Counted from the first letter of the stretch, positions 37,389 to 46,576 are shown. The stretch is DNA of 53,508 nt from Dehalococcoidia bacterium UBA6627 (GCA_002455955.1 DKLZ01000047.1:1-53508), one strand, 5' to 3'. Notes: a model not told the origin generated them from the letters alone. Program-made: numbers and translations.

Positions 37389-38078
37389 GTGAGCGAACAA
37401 CCGTCTCCACTTGCTGCTCTCTTCGATCTCGACGGTACTCTTGTTGACTCCATGCCGAGTATCGCGGGAGCAATGAAAGAAACTCTCGCAGAATTTGGAT
37501 ACCTTGTATCTACAGATGCGATCATGCCGCTCATTGGTGCCCCGATGGAGTCCGTAGTAACCAAACTCACCGGGGTAGCAGAATCGACTGCGAATCAGAT
37601 TTATGAGCGATACCTAACGGTCTACTACGATGACATGATTCAAACAACTCAGCCTTTTGCTAGTGCTGAGAAACTTCTCGAACGGCTGCATGACGCTGGG
37701 ATACCGCTGGCTGTCGTTACTAACAAGAGCGAACACGGCGGTAAGTTAATGGTGAAAATCCAAGGATGGGAAAAATATTTCAACGTGGTCGTGGGACGTG
37801 ATAGTGCAGCTCGTCCTAAACCATGGCCAGATGGCGTTCTGCATGCCCTCGGCGCATTCCGAGTTCCGCCACAACGATCTGCAATCGTCGGGGACACGGA
37901 ATTCGATATGCAGGCCGGACGCGAAGCGCTTCTGCACTATCGGATAGGCATCACTGGATCTCGAACTGTCGATGAATTATCTAAAGCTGGATCAACGCAC
38001 ATCATTGACGACCTGGAGGCTGTCGGCGATATCTTACTAACAGGTCAGCATGAGCAAGGGCACAATCGAGTTTACTAG
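37389..38078 (+). CDS. HAD-superfamily hydrolase (phosphoglycolate phosphatase-like subfamily IA)
   Basis: It has the ALFDLDGTLVDS motif I, VTNK motif II and GDTEFD motif IV. The GTG start is 3 nt after the carB stop. Confidence 0.8.
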   Translation: MSEQPSPLAALFDLDGTLVDSMPSIAGAMKETLAEFGYLVSTDAIMPLIGAPMESVVTKLTGVAESTANQIYERYLTVYYDDMIQTTQPFASAEKLLERLHDAGIPLAVVTNKSEHGGKLMVKIQGWEKYFNVVVGRDSAARPKPWPDGVLHALGAFRVPPQRSAIVGDTEFDMQAGREALLHYRIGITGSRTVDELSKAGSTHIIDDLEAVGDILLTGQHEQGHNRVY

Positions 38079-38094
38079 TAACGGAGCGTCACGA

Positions 38095-38871
38095 ATGGAG
38101 CGGTTCACATCGTCAGTCACCGACAGTTCGCTTCTATACGGTAATACTCACATCCTTTGGCTCGACCAACCTCAGGTACTCAACAACTGTCGACCAGGTG
38201 AATTCCTCATGACATACATCGGCGACGGACACGACCCACTTCTGGGTCGTGCGTTGTCGATCCACCGTCTTCGTGAGGGAATCAACGGGCCTGAATTCGG
38301 ACTTTTATTCGATGTTGTTGGACGCGGGACGCACTGGCTGGCACAGCGAAATATCGGTGATCAAATCAGCTTCGTGGGACCGCTAGGTCATGGGTTTGAA
38401 GTGCGCCCTCGAGTTAACCAAATGCTCCTCGTCGGTGGTGGGATTGGTTGTGCGCCGTTGATTTGGCTGGCAGAGGAGCTCATTGCAGATGATCGAAACG
38501 TAACGTTAGTACTCGGTGGCCGCAGTAAGGAACAGATATTTCCTTCTCAGCTACTACCCCCGGAAATCGAAATCGTAGTGACAACAGAAGACGGTTCACT
38601 CGGTGAAAAAGGGCTCGTAACTGGCCCTTTCAAACGATTGCTCCCCTGGTCCGATCAAGTATTCGCCTGTGGACCGGATCCAATGTTCGAAGCGCTATAT
38701 CAAGTAACGAAACAAGCAGGATCTGGGAAGTCACTCCAAGGCTTGCTCGAAGGTCGCATGGCTTGCGGCTTCGGCATCTGCTATTCATGCGCAGTGTTCC
38801 CCAAAAAGGGTGGGGTGCGATTGATCTGCACCGATGGTCCGCAATTCGACCTAAAAGAGATTTATTCCTAA
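38095..38871 (+). CDS. pyrK: dihydroorotate dehydrogenase (class 1B) electron-transfer subunit
   Basis: FAD/NAD-binding ferredoxin-reductase fold with a C-terminal CGFGICYSC...C 2Fe-2S cluster motif. Start set at ATG 38095 (GGAG upstream); the alternative ATG 38050 overlaps the HAD gene. Confidence 0.85.
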   Translation: MERFTSSVTDSSLLYGNTHILWLDQPQVLNNCRPGEFLMTYIGDGHDPLLGRALSIHRLREGINGPEFGLLFDVVGRGTHWLAQRNIGDQISFVGPLGHGFEVRPRVNQMLLVGGGIGCAPLIWLAEELIADDRNVTLVLGGRSKEQIFPSQLLPPEIEIVVTTEDGSLGEKGLVTGPFKRLLPWSDQVFACGPDPMFEALYQVTKQAGSGKSLQGLLEGRMACGFGICYSCAVFPKKGGVRLICTDGPQFDLKEIYS

Positions 38872-38882
38872 GGCGGCCCCGA

Positions 38883-39158
38883 TTGCGACAATATTTTCGA
38901 TTTCACTATTTGTTCGTCTATGGAAGTACAGGCCTCGGTATCACTGTAGGAATCTTCGTCCTCAACATTCAACCGACAATCCTCGGATGGATTCTCGGTG
39001 CCAGCTTTGGCCTTACCGTTGGTTCATACATAGTAGCGATCGCTTCCGGTGAATCACTCCTCGGTAGCTCAAGCTCACAGCGGTCCTCATGGGAAATTGA
39101 AAACATATATGACAAAGAACAATTTTCCGCGGACGATTCCCGGCACGATGGGAATTGA
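38883..39158 (+). CDS. possible small membrane protein (2 TMS)
   Basis: The ORF continues after pyrK with two hydrophobic helices (GLGITVGIFVL, ILGWILGASFGLTVGSYIVAIA). The TTG 38883 start is a guess and no homology is recognised. Confidence 0.3.
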   Translation: MRQYFRFHYLFVYGSTGLGITVGIFVLNIQPTILGWILGASFGLTVGSYIVAIASGESLLGSSSSQRSSWEIENIYDKEQFSADDSRHDGN

Positions 39159-39202
39159 ACGGTTCGGATTAGCGTTCTGCGATCACTGAGATCAAACGCA
39201 AC

Positions 39203-40309
39203 CTAGGTAACTTGGTCGATTACTGATCCTAGCTCGATGTATTGATCTGCAAGTGACCGCATTTCGAGCGAGGAACTCCCCGCGAAAGCAACAACTTCAA
39301 CTCTGACTCCACGCGTCTGCACAACTTCTACTGCGCGTGCGAAATCAGCGTCGCCAGAAACAATAGCGATCACATCGAGCCGATCAGCCATTGTCAACAT
39401 ATCGATAGCCATCTCGACGTCGAAGTTCCCCTTAATTGATCCATCTGCGAACCGTTTCAGTGGTTTAGTCACTATCCGGTATTCATAAGGAACAAACGGC
39501 GCAACAAATTTTTGTCCTTCGAGAGGCTCAGCAGGGTTATCAGAGATCGGTGAATAAGCTGTTGCTCGGACAATATCACGACCACTCCTGAGAAGATCGA
39601 GAAGCTTACCCATATTTATAGGTTTCTCGTCAGATTCTTGGCCGTACATCAGGTTGGGAACGTCGACAAACACACCCAATCGGGGTTTTTGTGCAGTACG
39701 ATCGAGTTGCTGCCCCAGTGCTAACAGTCCAGCGCGCAATTCATTCAGAATATTATTTTGATCTGTAATTCGCTCATTCAATGCATCAATATCTCCGGCG
39801 GCTTTCACCCGACCTTTTCTTACTAACGTCGATGATGACGCTACAGGATCTGAATCAATCGCAGAATCTGCTGAGAGGTCAGCAGTGTCGACATTCGTTT
39901 CAGATACATTTTCGGTACTTCGCACGCGACGCCGTTGAGGCTTAACCACAGGCTTCTTATCACTTATCTCAGCATTCAATGAATCATTCGAGTTGGCTTC
40001 TTTTGCAGTCGTTTTAACCGATCGTTTCCGCGTTGGTTTCGAGGCTTTCGTCTCTGCTTGAGTCATTTCATCTTGTGACTTACCACTTGCACTTACAGTT
40101 CGGCGCCGGCGCCTTGTTGGAGTCTTCGTTTTTTCGTTCGACCCCGCGTTCACTTCATCGGAGCTTGACTCTGTACTAGCACGACGTCCAGAACGACGGC
40201 CCGCGATAATCGATGATGATCGAGGAGCACGTTCTTTATTCGAATTACTGCTACCTCCCTCATCATTCGGAGAAGAAAGTAAAGAATTTAAAATGCTAGA
40301 CCAGGTCAC
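39203..40309 (-). CDS. NYN domain (LabA/DUF88-like) protein with long basic disordered N-terminus
   Basis: The C-terminal half has LGVFVDVPNL...VSGDADFARAVEVVQTRGVRVEVVAF, the NYN/LabA pattern. The N-terminal 200 aa are rich in S/K/R/T. The GTG start overlaps the mrp stop (GTGA). Confidence 0.8.
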   Translation of the reverse strand: MTWSSILNSLLSSPNDEGGSSNSNKERAPRSSSIIAGRRSGRRASTESSSDEVNAGSNEKTKTPTRRRRRTVSASGKSQDEMTQAETKASKPTRKRSVKTTAKEANSNDSLNAEISDKKPVVKPQRRRVRSTENVSETNVDTADLSADSAIDSDPVASSSTLVRKGRVKAAGDIDALNERITDQNNILNELRAGLLALGQQLDRTAQKPRLGVFVDVPNLMYGQESDEKPINMGKLLDLLRSGRDIVRATAYSPISDNPAEPLEGQKFVAPFVPYEYRIVTKPLKRFADGSIKGNFDVEMAIDMLTMADRLDVIAIVSGDADFARAVEVVQTRGVRVEVVAFAGSSSLEMRSLADQYIELGSVIDQVT

Positions 40310-41364
40310 GCGACTGCCGCCTCACCTGCAAATTGAAGCACCGAACACCGGGCCGCAACTTGTTCTGCGAGTTTAATAAATGAACGTCCTACGTCAGAAT
40401 TAGGCGCTGTTGCAACAATTGGTTGACCGATATCACCGCCCTCCCTGATCGCAGCATCGAGAGGTAGTTCACCTAAAAATTCTATACCGAGCTCGTCAGC
40501 AGCCATACGCGCTCCTCCATGCCCGAAGATGTCTCCTGACATATTCTCTACGACACCAAAAATTGGTACTCCTAGCCGATCGAACATGCCGACCGCTTTC
40601 TGTGCATCTTCAACCGCAACTCGTTGCGGCGTCGACACAATCACTGCTCCCGAAATCAATGCATCCTGCGCCATCGTCATCGATGCGTCAGATGTACCTG
40701 GGGGTAGGTCGATGATCAGATAGTCGAGTTCTCCCCAGTCGACATCACGCATCAGTTGACGTACCCCAGAACCAATCATCGGACCTCGCCAGACTACCGG
40801 GGATCCTTTCGGCAATACGAAACCGATCGAAACAGCTTTGAGGCCATACGTTTCGACCGTATGAAGCCCCTCGTCTCCGTCAGCGAGAATACCGCCTTCA
40901 ATTCCTAGCATGGTCGGTAAATTCGGTCCTGTGATATCGGCATCAAGGAGTCCAACACTGGCACCCAACGTCGCAAGTGCAACAGCAAGGTTAGTCGATA
41001 CAGTTGATTTTCCGACACCGCCCTTATTCGAAGCCACGGCAATCACATTCTTAACACCGTCAATGGTAGCTGGACCATCCTCACTGCCAACAGAGCCTCT
41101 AACTTCGGCTCCCCAATCGATCTCGACGTTATCAATGCCTTCAATACCATCTAGCGCAGATCGCACGTCCTGATCAATTTCATCCTTCAAAGGGCACGCA
41201 GGCGTTGTCAGCACCAATTCAAAGGAGACGGTATTTCCTTCGATTTTCAGATCACGCACCATATTCAGCGATACGATATTCCGATGTAATTCCGGATCAT
41301 TGACAGTACTCAGTGCGTCCAGGACGGCCTGTTGTTCAGCCACCTCTACTCCTTCGGACCACAT
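40306..41364 (-). CDS. mrp: Mrp/NBP35 family Fe-S cluster carrier ATPase with N-terminal DUF59/MIP18 domain
   Basis: It contains VNDPELHRNIVSLNMV (DUF59), the deviant Walker A ASNKGGVGKST, and a central MinD-like fold. Confidence 0.9.
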   Translation of the reverse strand: MWSEGVEVAEQQAVLDALSTVNDPELHRNIVSLNMVRDLKIEGNTVSFELVLTTPACPLKDEIDQDVRSALDGIEGIDNVEIDWGAEVRGSVGSEDGPATIDGVKNVIAVASNKGGVGKSTVSTNLAVALATLGASVGLLDADITGPNLPTMLGIEGGILADGDEGLHTVETYGLKAVSIGFVLPKGSPVVWRGPMIGSGVRQLMRDVDWGELDYLIIDLPPGTSDASMTMAQDALISGAVIVSTPQRVAVEDAQKAVGMFDRLGVPIFGVVENMSGDIFGHGGARMAADELGIEFLGELPLDAAIREGGDIGQPIVATAPNSDVGRSFIKLAEQVAARCSVLQFAGEAAVA

Positions 41365-41601
41365 TACACACGTGGTTACTTAATTAAAGTTTTCTAAATT
41401 CGGAGGGAACCTCTAAGAGCCTTCGCGCGTTCTATAGGTAACAACACTTGCCGAACTTATCGGAATCTGCTGGTCCATGTGCGCGAAGCGCCTCGCCGAT
41501 TGAATCCCAGCAACCACAAATCGGCGAGACAATTATACGGCTCTGTCCTTCGAGGCGGAAATAGAATAAGAGATATTTAATAGCTTTAATGCAAATAAAC
41601 A

Positions 41602-41630
41602 TTGACGCCTAATGCGATATAGCAGATAAT
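41602..41630 (+). promoter_or_regulatory. possible sigma70-type promoter
   Basis: TTGACG (41602-41607), a 17-nt spacer, then GATAAT (41625-41630) in an AT-rich 425-bp intergenic region, about 160 nt upstream of the 41790 gene. Confidence 0.4.
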
Positions 41631-41789
41631 ACATTTACTAGTTGCGTTCAGATGTCGAAAATGGCAGCGCATATCTATTTAGCAACGTTGAAACAGGACA
41701 GATTAGGAACACGCGAACGATCTATTAAACCCCACGCACGTAATGCGTTTTGAAACATTGAGGATAAAATAACGAAAAAGGAAACGGTA

Positions 41790-42062
41790 ATGAGTTCGAA
41801 TACTGCCAATCAATCAACAACATCTAGCGATCCTGTACTCAACCAATCATCCGGATGTGTCCACCACTGGATCATTGCAGCGCCCGATGGCCGGGAAAGT
41901 ATGGGTAGCTGCAAGCACTGCGGTATCGCAAAGGAATTCTCGAATTCGAACGAGAGCGTGATGTGGGAGCAGACAAACTCACTACGCAATGAAGTTCGAA
42001 CATCAAGAGGGGCATCATCGCGATTCTCCAAACCGGCCGAAATCCGTCTTTCTGACGAGTAG
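41790..42062 (+). CDS. small Cys/His (zinc-ribbon-like) protein, function unknown
   Basis: 90 aa. AGGAAACGGTA precedes the ATG. The C-x-H-H...C-x-x-C arrangement (CVHHW...CKHC) is present, and a strong terminator follows. The antisense ORFs listed in the track lack these signals. Confidence 0.6.
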   Translation: MSSNTANQSTTSSDPVLNQSSGCVHHWIIAAPDGRESMGSCKHCGIAKEFSNSNESVMWEQTNSLRNEVRTSRGASSRFSKPAEIRLSDE

Positions 42063-42083
42063 GTCCGTAACCGCGCATAGAAC

Positions 42084-42115
42084 AAAAAAGGCGGCGCAAT
42101 TGCGCCGCCTTTTTT
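42084..42115 (+). terminator. bidirectional rho-independent terminator
   Basis: AAAAAA-GGCGGCGCAATTGCGCCGCC-TTTTTT, a perfect GC-rich palindromic stem flanked by A6 and T6. Confidence 0.9.
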
Positions 42116-42276
42116 CTCTAGAGATCTAAATCCAACCCCTAGAAATCAAGCTGACAAGAAGGAGATTGCTCCTTCCACACATCTTTCCCACACTCATGGA
42201 ATAAACTCACGCCGGTCTTTCCAAGCGTATGATCGGCTAACAATCTCGAATGAAGGCTTACACGTACCGAGGGTGC

Positions 42277-43206
42277 ATGAATCTCGCTGTCGACCTAGCC
42301 CCGCATCACAAGCAGCAGCTGCAGCTTCGAAACCCGGTGATGACCGGTTCGGGGACATTCTCAAACGGTATCGAACTCGCTAAGCATTTCGAGATCGATG
42401 CACTCGGAGCTGTCGTATCAAAAGGTACGACACTGCGTACGCGTCGTGGCAACTCAACTCCACGCACAATCGAAACGCCGTCAGGAATGATCAACGCAAT
42501 AGGCTTTCAGAATATTGGTGTTGGGGCATTGATGCGCAATATCGCTCCAACCTGGGCACGGTGGAATGTACCCGCCATCGTGAATGTGATGGGTGAATCT
42601 GTCGAAGAGTACGGCATTTTGGCCAAACGCCTAGATGGAGTCGATGGCGTATCTGCAATCGAACTTAATGTATCGTGCCCGAACGTCGACGTTGGCGGCC
42701 TCGAATTTGGCCAAGATCCGAAGACTGCCGCTGAAGTAGTCTCCGAAGCCATACGGAATACGTCTCTACCACTACTGGTAAAGCTCACTCCCAGCATCAC
42801 CGACATTCGCCCTGTAGTCGAAGCAGTTACAAACGCAGGAGCTCACGCGATCACCGTAGCAAATACGATCCCTGCCCTCGCGATCGACATAGAAAAACGA
42901 CAAGCAGAAATCGCGAACGGATTCGGAGGTCTTTCTGGTCCGGCGATACGTCCGATTACACTACGACTTGTTTGGCAAGCTGCGTCAGTTACTTCCCTAC
43001 CAATCGTGGCCTCAGGTGGAATCGCCAACGGCAAAGATGCAATCGAATTCCTGATGGCCGGAGCCACAGCGGTCCAAGTAGGAACAGCTAATTTCCTCGA
43101 CCCTCGAGCTCCCTGGCGCGTGTTAGAAGAGTTAACCGATTGGTGCAAAACGCATGAGATTCAAGATGTCCGCGAAATTATCGGTGTCGCACATCATGTT
43201 GACTAA
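42277..43206 (+). CDS. pyrD: dihydroorotate dehydrogenase (class 1B) catalytic subunit
   Basis: It contains LRNPVMTGSGTF, GAVVSKGTT, ELNVSCPN and GGI..G.DA..F..AGA, which are DHODH class 1 hallmarks. Start at ATG 42277 with GAGGG upstream. Confidence 0.9.
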   Translation: MNLAVDLAPHHKQQLQLRNPVMTGSGTFSNGIELAKHFEIDALGAVVSKGTTLRTRRGNSTPRTIETPSGMINAIGFQNIGVGALMRNIAPTWARWNVPAIVNVMGESVEEYGILAKRLDGVDGVSAIELNVSCPNVDVGGLEFGQDPKTAAEVVSEAIRNTSLPLLVKLTPSITDIRPVVEAVTNAGAHAITVANTIPALAIDIEKRQAEIANGFGGLSGPAIRPITLRLVWQAASVTSLPIVASGGIANGKDAIEFLMAGATAVQVGTANFLDPRAPWRVLEELTDWCKTHEIQDVREIIGVAHHVD

Positions 43207-43362
43207 TATTCTCAAGCCAGAGAAAGTAACAAACACTTCGTTTTTGCCACAGATATGACGCGCCAGAAGGCTAACTCATGAAATCAATTTCAATAGCGAG
43301 ATTGACTACTGTGCCAAACCACTCGTAGCGTCAGAGTAGTCAGTTTATCCACAGGAGTCATT

Positions 43363-43439
43363 CGGGGCGTAGCTCAGCCTGGCAGAGCGCTGCGTTTGGG
43401 ACGCAGAGGCCCGCAGTTCGAATCTGCGCGCCCCGACCA
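43363..43439 (+). tRNA. tRNA-Pro (anticodon UGG)
   Basis: Hand-folded, 77 nt. Acceptor CGGGGCG/CGCCCCG, anticodon arm CTGCG-TTTGGGA-CGCAG, T arm CGCAG-TTCGAAT-CTGCG, CCA encoded. Confidence 0.9.
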
Positions 43440-43555
43440 TTTCTTTTCCAGAGAATGACTCATCAACCGGAATTCCCCTGATCAGGTGCAACAGTCGTAA
43501 ACTAAATAGCATCTTCAACGAATGTTCCCGATGATGCATTCGAAGGTGGTAAAAG

Positions 43556-44752
43556 ATGCCAGGTCCTCTCGACGGAATTCGAATCCTTGATTTTACGCGT
43601 TTCCAGCAAGGAACTTTTGGAACTTTGCAACTTGCCGATCTTGGAGCAGATGTTTGGAAGATCGAACAACCAGGTGGCGATCCAGGACGCACACTCGGGC
43701 GACACGTCGGTGGCTATTCTTCTTATTTTGAATCCTTGAACCGTAATAAGCGCAGTATTTGCCTAGATCTATCTCAAGCTCAGGGACTTTCTATCGTCGA
43801 AAGGCTTGTAAAACACGTCGATATTGTCGCTGAAAACTTCCGTCCGGGAACGATGGATCGTCTTGGAATCGGATACGAACACCTGCGGACAATCAACCAC
43901 AGTTTAATCTTCGGATCAGGAAGTATGTTTGGACCAAAAGGGCCAAGAGGGCACGATCCTGGATACGATAACATCGCTCAGGCAGCTGGCGGCCTGATGG
44001 ACTTCACGACCATCGAGGGTGATACCCCACAGGGGGCGCAGCCAGGAATCGCCGACCAGACTGGTGGAGCAATGTTGGCATACGCCCTCTTAGGTGCGGT
44101 TGTTCATCGTTTACGCACGGGCGAGGGACAAAAGGTCGACGTTTCCCTCTACGGATCGCAGATCGCACTTCAAGGTATATATGCAGCTAAAGATTGGACC
44201 GATCACGAACTACAACCACCTGGACGATCATCAGGAGTGCTCAGCCATCGGGCGCTGTGCCTCGATGGCCGTTGGATAGGTTTCGGCTTCCTCGAAGCAC
44301 GGCACTTCCCAAAACTTGCTACTGCTCTCGACCTTCCCGAGCTTGTCACCGATGAACGTTTCTCAGACGCTGAATCACGGGCGAAACATATGGGTGAGTT
44401 AGTCGAATTAATCGACGCTCAAGTCATTCAAAACAATTCAGATACGTGGATCGAACAGCTCCGTGCTGCCGATGTACCGTGCTCAGTAGTCCATAACTTC
44501 GAAATGATCCGAAAGGATCCACAGGCGATCGCCAATGGTTACGTTCACGAGACCGAGCATCCTGTCTGGGGTTCAATCGCAACCCATGGTCCGGTAGCTA
44601 GTTTCTCGGAATCACCCGCATCAGTTCGACGTAACGCACCTATTGAGCCAGGTGAACATTCATCTGAAATTCTGTCCGAAGGTGGATTTTCAGTCCGAGA
44701 GATAGAATCATTAATCAAAGACGGTGTGATACACGACGCTAGCAGTCGTTAG
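43556..44752 (+). CDS. family III CoA-transferase (CaiB/BaiF family)
   Basis: The sequence GIRILDFTRFQQGTFGTLQLADLGADVWKIEQPGGDPGR is the family signature. This is the second paralogue. Confidence 0.9.
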   Translation: MPGPLDGIRILDFTRFQQGTFGTLQLADLGADVWKIEQPGGDPGRTLGRHVGGYSSYFESLNRNKRSICLDLSQAQGLSIVERLVKHVDIVAENFRPGTMDRLGIGYEHLRTINHSLIFGSGSMFGPKGPRGHDPGYDNIAQAAGGLMDFTTIEGDTPQGAQPGIADQTGGAMLAYALLGAVVHRLRTGEGQKVDVSLYGSQIALQGIYAAKDWTDHELQPPGRSSGVLSHRALCLDGRWIGFGFLEARHFPKLATALDLPELVTDERFSDAESRAKHMGELVELIDAQVIQNNSDTWIEQLRAADVPCSVVHNFEMIRKDPQAIANGYVHETEHPVWGSIATHGPVASFSESPASVRRNAPIEPGEHSSEILSEGGFSVREIESLIKDGVIHDASSR

Positions 44753-44789
44753 TCATGAATCAATCGCTTAGTTAGGTCGGAACTACGAA

Positions 44790-44996
44790 ATGGCAGATGG
44801 AATCCCTCCTTATGTGCTGGTGGTCCGAATTACGTCAATCTTAGGCATGTCATTTTCACTTGCGATCGGGCTGTTATTGCTAATCGGTGGTTGGTGGATC
44901 CCATCACTGGTAGCGTTTGCGCTTTTTGCTCCGTCGTTCGGCCTACTTATCGCAATTGAACGTTTCGCCGATACTGACCAGCAACATCTTCCTTAA
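44790..44996 (+). CDS. possible small membrane protein (2 TMS)
   Basis: A 68-aa ORF with two clear hydrophobic helices and no competing ORF. No recognised homology. Confidence 0.4.
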   Translation: MADGIPPYVLVVRITSILGMSFSLAIGLLLLIGGWWIPSLVAFALFAPSFGLLIAIERFADTDQQHLP

Positions 44997-45077
44997 CCTG
45001 AAAAAACCAATTGAGATTCGTAAATGATGAGCAGTTACCAATTGACGAATACTGCTAGGGCTCGGACGCTTCCTGGC

Positions 45078-45638
45078 TTAATGTTCACTTACTTCGATCG
45101 AGAAGATCTTTTCACCGGGATGTGAATCCATCAGTGGATTTCTTGCCATTAATACATCAGCAACATCCATACCATTCGTCACTCGTCCGAACGCACTATA
45201 ACGACCGTACAATTGAGGTGCGTCCGCCAATAAAATATAAAATTGCGATCCATTCGTGTTCGGACCCGCATTAGCCATACCGACAGTCCCTCGTCGGAAC
45301 GGTTCATCGGAAATCTCGTCAAGGATCCGATAGCCAGGACCCCCGCGTCCGTTTCCAATGGGATCACCTGCTTGAGCTAGAAATCCTGGGATCACTCGGT
45401 GGAAAGACGTTCCATTATAGAATCCATCCTTCGCTAGAAAGACAAAGTTATTCACGGCCACAGGAGCAACGCGTGGAAGTAATTCGATTGCGATATCGCC
45501 ACAACCCAGATGGACAACTGCCGTATAACAAGTCTCAGCATTAATAGCCATCGTCGGCGGCGCATCATATCGAGGGCTCAATTCAGTATCTGCTTTCGAT
45601 AATTTCGATACCGATAATGGTATCGCCAGTAATAGCAT
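45078..45638 (-). CDS. peptidylprolyl isomerase (cyclophilin type)
   Basis: It contains FHRVIPGFLAQAGDP and GSQFYI, which are cyclophilin motifs. The start is uncertain. Similarity to the upstream paralogue (RYDAPPTM vs VYDAPPEM) extends upstream of the internal ATG 45551, favouring the long form that overlaps the upstream gene by 56 nt. Confidence 0.8.
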   Translation of the reverse strand: MLLLAIPLSVSKLSKADTELSPRYDAPPTMAINAETCYTAVVHLGCGDIAIELLPRVAPVAVNNFVFLAKDGFYNGTSFHRVIPGFLAQAGDPIGNGRGGPGYRILDEISDEPFRRGTVGMANAGPNTNGSQFYILLADAPQLYGRYSAFGRVTNGMDVADVLMARNPLMDSHPGEKIFSIEVSEH

Positions 45639-46416
45639 CGTCCGCCGCAGGGTCGCGTGGGGTCAAATCGTGCAACAACTCTAGTCCGTCGACAACACGC
45701 CCAAACACAGTAAACCCTTCATCCAGGTGAGGCGTATGGCCAAGCGTGATAAAAAATTGCGAACCACTCACACCGCCTCTTGCATCTCTAGCCATCGAAA
45801 GTGAACCAACGTCGAACAAAATAGAATTAGTTTCTACGTCGAGGTTGTAGCCAGGCGATCCGAATCCACCGGCGGTTGGATCACCCGTCTGCGCAACGAA
45901 TCCTGGAATGACTCGATGGAATGTTAAACCGTCGAAGAATTGATCTCTCGCAAGTGAGACGAAATTGTTTACGTAAAGTGGCGCCTCGAGTGGGAACAGT
46001 TCGATTTGCACGTCACCATTAGGAAGTTCGAGAATCGCCTCATATTTCAAATATTCATTGATCGTCATCTCCGGTGGCGCATCGTATACCCGAACAATAT
46101 CCGCATCATCTGAAGCTTCTGAATCTTGAGATGGTTTCGGTTCTTCCTTTTCACTCACCACATCGATATTTTCTGTCAAATCTGTATCCGTAGAACCAAG
46201 TTGGCTAGTGAAAATAATACTTCCCAGGCTAAGCACTAAAACTGCTATTCCACCCACAAAAAAAGGCGTGGTGTTTCGTTGCATAAAGCCCATCGGGCCA
46301 GTGAATTCAACTTGTCCCGCCGACGGTGGTTCTACATTTTGACGTGCACGTTGTCTACGTCGCCGTCGCTGGCGCCGTTGCTGATCTCGTGACTGCTGTT
46401 GTCGGCTACTACTCAA
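45583..46416 (-). CDS. membrane-anchored peptidylprolyl isomerase (cyclophilin type) with poly-Arg N-terminus
   Basis: It contains FHRVIPGFVAQTGDP and GSQFFI, which are cyclophilin motifs. The N-terminus RRQRRRRRQRARQ is followed by a TM helix (FFVGGIAVLVLSLGSIIF). Confidence 0.85.
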   Translation of the reverse strand: MSSSRQQQSRDQQRRQRRRRRQRARQNVEPPSAGQVEFTGPMGFMQRNTTPFFVGGIAVLVLSLGSIIFTSQLGSTDTDLTENIDVVSEKEEPKPSQDSEASDDADIVRVYDAPPEMTINEYLKYEAILELPNGDVQIELFPLEAPLYVNNFVSLARDQFFDGLTFHRVIPGFVAQTGDPTAGGFGSPGYNLDVETNSILFDVGSLSMARDARGGVSGSQFFITLGHTPHLDEGFTVFGRVVDGLELLHDLTPRDPAADDAITGDTIIGIEIIESRY

Positions 46417-46576
46417 GATCGTTGACTCCGCTATGGAAATCGACCCGTATTTTGGCTTTCATCTGAACATTCGTCTCACATCATGTTAGCCGTGGTTAGC
46501 GACAACGGGGAGCCCACTTCAAAAAAGCTCAATAGTGGACGCCGCTGCGCTCACAAGCCTAACGGCATAGCGTTGC

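Noticed and set aside
38050-38094. ATG 38050 as the pyrK start
   Set aside because: It would overlap the HAD hydrolase gene by 29 nt and add 15 non-conserved residues. ATG 38095 has a GGAG upstream. It is not fully excluded.
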